This document shows, in pieces, positions 60,210 to 64,000 of a stretch of DNA of 64,000 bases. Made by a program: the position numbers and the translations under genes. Below the pieces are notes generated by a model. The model was not told the origin of the DNA. It worked only from the letters and a program-made list of their open reading frames with translations, and did no database searches. Numbering within the stretch: position 1 is the first letter of the stretch; each line of letters opens with the position of its first letter. Source of the DNA: Squalus acanthias (Eukaryota); assembly GCA_030390025.1 (NCBI GenBank), contig CM059430.1, positions 76,756,001-76,820,000 on the forward strand. Direction: 5' to 3'.

Positions 60210-61628
60210 GGATGACTCTAAGATTGCCAACATACATGTCTCCAGGATGTCTACAACTGGTATAATGGTTTAATGGATATTTTAATTTAAAAATTGCGGA
60301 TCCGTTTTTTGTGTGCGCTTTGAGCAACAATATGGTAAACACTTTTAGAAAAGTACCATTAGCCATTCCATCGCGTAAAGCTACCAGAAAATCTTTCCCC
60401 TGAAATCGAAATGTGTTAAAGGGTAAAATAATTCGTCTTGTCGCCAGGTTTTCTGCGATTTATTCTGTTAGGTATTTTTTAGGAAAGGACAGTCACATAA
60501 GAACCAAAACATTTCTTAGCCCAATATTATTAAACCATGTTTGAGATTGAAATTTACTTCTGCACATTTCTCGAACATTAACTGATAGTTAGCTAGCAAA
60601 TTTAACACGCCCAGGTGTCAGGAATGATTTGACTACACACAGTGTTCTAAAATTATTACAAGTAGTTTAATCTTGCTGAATACAAATGAGTAAAATAGGT
60701 TATAAACAGTCACAACTTATAATGTTAATACTTGTCATGTGTAAATTCTGTTAATAGCGGGTAACATTGGAATACAGATTCTGTAAATGGAATTACAAGA
60801 ACATAACAATAAAAAGGCCCGGAGCTGCTATAACCAGCCCAGACTACACACAGTGGATTGGATATCCAACATGCTGCCCGGCCTAAAACTGGCGTTGCGA
60901 ATCGGGCGTCCATTATAAAAACTGCCCGATTACTAAACCCAGATTCATCCTATTTGTTACACCGTGATGCATTAATTGTTTAATTGTGGGCGATCTGTGT
61001 CTCTTTGTTCTGATTCCCAGCCGGGTGCTGTCTCTCCTTTAATGTTTATCCCTGGAGGTTTTTATTGGAACTGGTCAATGCTGTTGCCTCGGAGGGCGGC
61101 TTTGTATCCGCGTCTCTCTGCAGCAACTGAGATACAAAATAGTTATTTATTTCTGTTGTTGCTTCAATTGAGCGGACTCCCGGTTCAGAGTTTCTGACAG
61201 TGAACGCGGACAGGGAAATCGCCGGTCGGCGGGACCTGATTTTCGGGCCATTTAAATTAACAAACAAAAAAAAGCTCCTGTGACACGGGATTTAACGATT
61301 CGTGAAACCCGATCGCATTAGCCGTCCGTTACAGTTAAATCACAGCGAAAGTTAAGGATAAGTACGGGCCTATTCCTCCCTGAGCAGAACAATCAATGTT
61401 AAACAGGTTTAGAGCTCGCGATTGTGGCAGAAGAAAGCGCGAGCGATTAGATGGTTTCAGAAGATTAATACTAGTAAAAGTGAAGTTTTTTATGAAGTCC
61501 AAACATTGGTGTACCAATTATGCAATACATGGAAGTAAATCAGCACAGAGCGATTAGAAAGGGTCTGGGTCTCACCATAGTCAGATCACTTGCAATTTCC
61601 AGGCCCTTAAACAACTAATAGAATTCTG

Positions 61629-61845
61629 AAACAAAAACAGAAAATGCTGGAAATACTCAGCAGATCAGGCAGCATCTGTAGAGAGAGAAAGACTGTTAAT
61701 GTTTCAGGTCGATGAGTCATCGAAGGGTCATCGACCTGAAAGGTTAACTCTGTTTCTCTCTCACAGATGCTGCCTGACCTGCTGAGTGTTTCCAGCATTT
61801 TCTGTTTTTATTTCAGATTTCCAGCATCCGCAGTATTTTGCTTTT
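61629..61845. mobile_element. Short palindromic non-autonomous element, probably Penelope-derived
   Basis: 14-bp TSD ctaatagaattctg (61615-61628 and 61846-61859); ~90-bp imperfect inverted arms; partial hammerhead stem II-GAAA (gggtcatcgacctgaaa). Confidence 0.7.
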
Positions 61846-61879
61846 CTAATAGAATTCTGGGATATATAACTAGCAGCTC

Positions 61880-63212
61880 GACAGAGGCATGGGTGAGCCA
61901 GTGGCGGGGCAGAAAGGATACAAAGTGCTGGTATCCTCATACATTATCCTCCATCTGGCATGCACCTCTTGCTTTCCTGCCCTCCCCTCACCACAAGTCC
62001 ACCCTTGTGCCTTCTTCATTTCACACACCAAAGAAATGCAGATTGCCCAGGCAATGGTTCACTAAGACAAGGGAGAGGAGAGTGAAGAAGAAGAAGAAGG
62101 AACACAGTCTCTTGATTTGACACTCCAAGCCACCAGCTCCTCAAGGTTGACCAGCAAGGCCATCTGCAGTGTCCCCCATTGAAAGTCAGCAGCCTTCCAC
62201 CAGCCATGTTGCAGCCACTGGGGTAGCACTACGTGATATCAGTAGGATAGACAAAGGCACACACAAGACAGTCACTAGGAGAATGCATAAGGGTGATGTG
62301 TCGATATCTTGATGTAACATTGAATGGATAGATGTATATATAGGTGGATTGGAAAGTTTGCTTTGTGGTGGCTTTTATTTCAGCATCGTGACCGAGTGGA
62401 TGCCGTGATGGTCAATAACAGAAGGAAGGTAGGGTGGGGGACTGATGTTGATGGGGGAATTGGGGTTGTGGTCACTGGTACCGCAAGCCGATGATTCCAT
62501 CCCGGATAGCCTGGCCAGAAAGGAGCCATCGGGGATTTATCCTTCCGTCTGCTTCCTCCTTTTCGGCTTCCTTCTCTTCAACTTCTTCCTCTGCTGTTTC
62601 TTCCTCTCCTTCGTCTTCCTCTTCCCTTGGCGAACGGATGCTGTAGATCTAAAATGACACCATAAAATGCTGGAAATACTCAGCAGATCAGGCTGCATCT
62701 TGACCTGAGAGGTGAACTCTCTCCACGGATGTTGCCTGACTTGCTGAGTATTTGCAGCATTTTCTGTTTTCTCAGCCGTCCTGCAAGCGTCCAGCAGCTC
62801 TCCCTACACAGTTAAAAAAACTTTTAACATGTATCGCAGCAAGCCATTCCTTCAACAACATCAAAGTCCAAAAGCTTAAATGCAAAATTACCTGAAAGAT
62901 GTAGTGATCCCTTTAAGAGTTGCTGACAGCGCCACTGTCAATCTGCTGCACACTAGGTTTACCTCGAAGCTTAGGATCCAGCGCTGAAATCAGCACTAAG
63001 GTCCAAGTTCGCTATGCTGACATTAAGTCGGCGATGTCACCTCTCCCTCATTTTTATTTGCAGGGAGTTGGATCTTACCGGCAGCACCGTCGGGCCTGGG
63101 AAAATGGAGGACGCCACGGGACTGACACCAGCTGGCGAAAGAGCGGCAGCCGCCCACTTTACGCAACCTTTTGCGGGTAATGGGTGATGTTAAGCCCCCG
63201 AATTTTTAGCCC
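61880..63212 (+). mobile_element. Harbinger remnant (same family as 23544-25500)
   Basis: Long homology to 23590-24540; terminus gaatttttagccc matches the intact element's TIR gggctaaaaattc. Confidence 0.72.
62664..62770. mobile_element. Second, shorter copy of the palindromic element seen at 61629
   Basis: aaaatgctggaaatactcagcagatcagg...cctgacttgctgagtatttgcagcatttt. Confidence 0.65.
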
Positions 63213-63544
63213 ATGAGTTGAGTGTAATAGTAGCACAACGCTGTTCTGTTCCTGTGACAGAATACCAGCCCCTTGAACTGTCCAGTTTCCCAAATAAACT
63301 CCCCTCTGCACCAACTTTTGAAAATTGCGACTGTTTCGTCAGAGCAGAGAAGATTATGGGGTCATTAGATGTGTTTACAATTATGAATGATGGGATAGGT
63401 TAGATAGACATAATTTTGGCGATAGTGTAAAAACGACGATATGAGATCGTTTGCCCATTATACACCTCGCCCGATTTTGCTTTCCAATGAAGGAAAGTCG
63501 GGCTGAACCAATATCGCCAATTTTAAACCATCGCCAAAATGACC

Positions 63545-63845
63545 CCAGACTGTTTCCAGTGATTGAAGGGTCTAGAACGAGCCTATAGAGATATAGGATT
63601 GAATGTAAGAGAGGAGGAGAAACCTTTTTGCACAGAGGGTTGTGAAGATGTGGAATGCATTACCAAAGTTAATAGATGAATCAGAGACCATGCCAATATT
63701 TAAGAATAGGTTGGCTGGGTGGTGGAAGGAAATGGAGATAAATGAAGCGGGTGACCACATGGGATTTGATACTGCTGGAGGATAAGCACTGTTTAGGCCG
63801 ATAGGCCCGCTTCGTGTTGCAATTTCTATCTAATTCTATGCAATC
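63545..63845 (+). mobile_element. Old CR1 3' fragment
   Basis: F.QRVVKMWNALP motif, FKNRL, attctatg tail. Confidence 0.7.
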
Positions 63846-64000
63846 TGCTGGTAATCTTTATTAAATTCTTTTCCAGAACTTTTTTAAATAAAAAAAACTA
63901 TTTATTACCTTTACTTTTCTTTAATTGACATCGCTTCGCAATAATGAGAGCCACCATTAGAAATACCAGTCCAACCCATGCACATCTGGAAATCAGTAAG

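Overview
Eukaryotic, repeat-dense (roughly 80%) DNA. The repeat repertoire (CR1 LINEs with esterase ORF1, a V-SINE/HE1-type SINE, a Deu-domain SacSINE1-type SINE, Penelope-like fragments, Harbinger transposons) points to a cartilaginous fish (shark or ray). One host gene can be reconstructed by hand, on the minus strand. It has six exons (leader 30371-30425, V-with-J-motif 29864-30175, C1 26811-27119, TM 26225-26341, cytoplasmic 25781-25824, probable last exon 11565-11609) and encodes a ~293-aa germline-joined 'VJ-C1-TM' immunoglobulin-superfamily receptor. Its layout resembles a single antigen-receptor chain, but it does not rearrange. Other notable items are an apparently intact two-gene autonomous Harbinger transposon (1577-5735; DDE transposase plus 3-exon Myb/SANT protein) and Penelope-like 3' ends carrying minimal hammerhead ribozymes, one of which forms a perfect 428-bp spacer-less palindrome. 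There are also several young near-identical CR1 copies in inverted pairs, two CR1 elements retaining their 5' ends (one with a 45-bp tandem-monomer 5'UTR), and a nested TE cluster filling the last intron of the IgSF gene. Repeat boundaries were read by eye and are approximate unless TSDs or TIRs are given.
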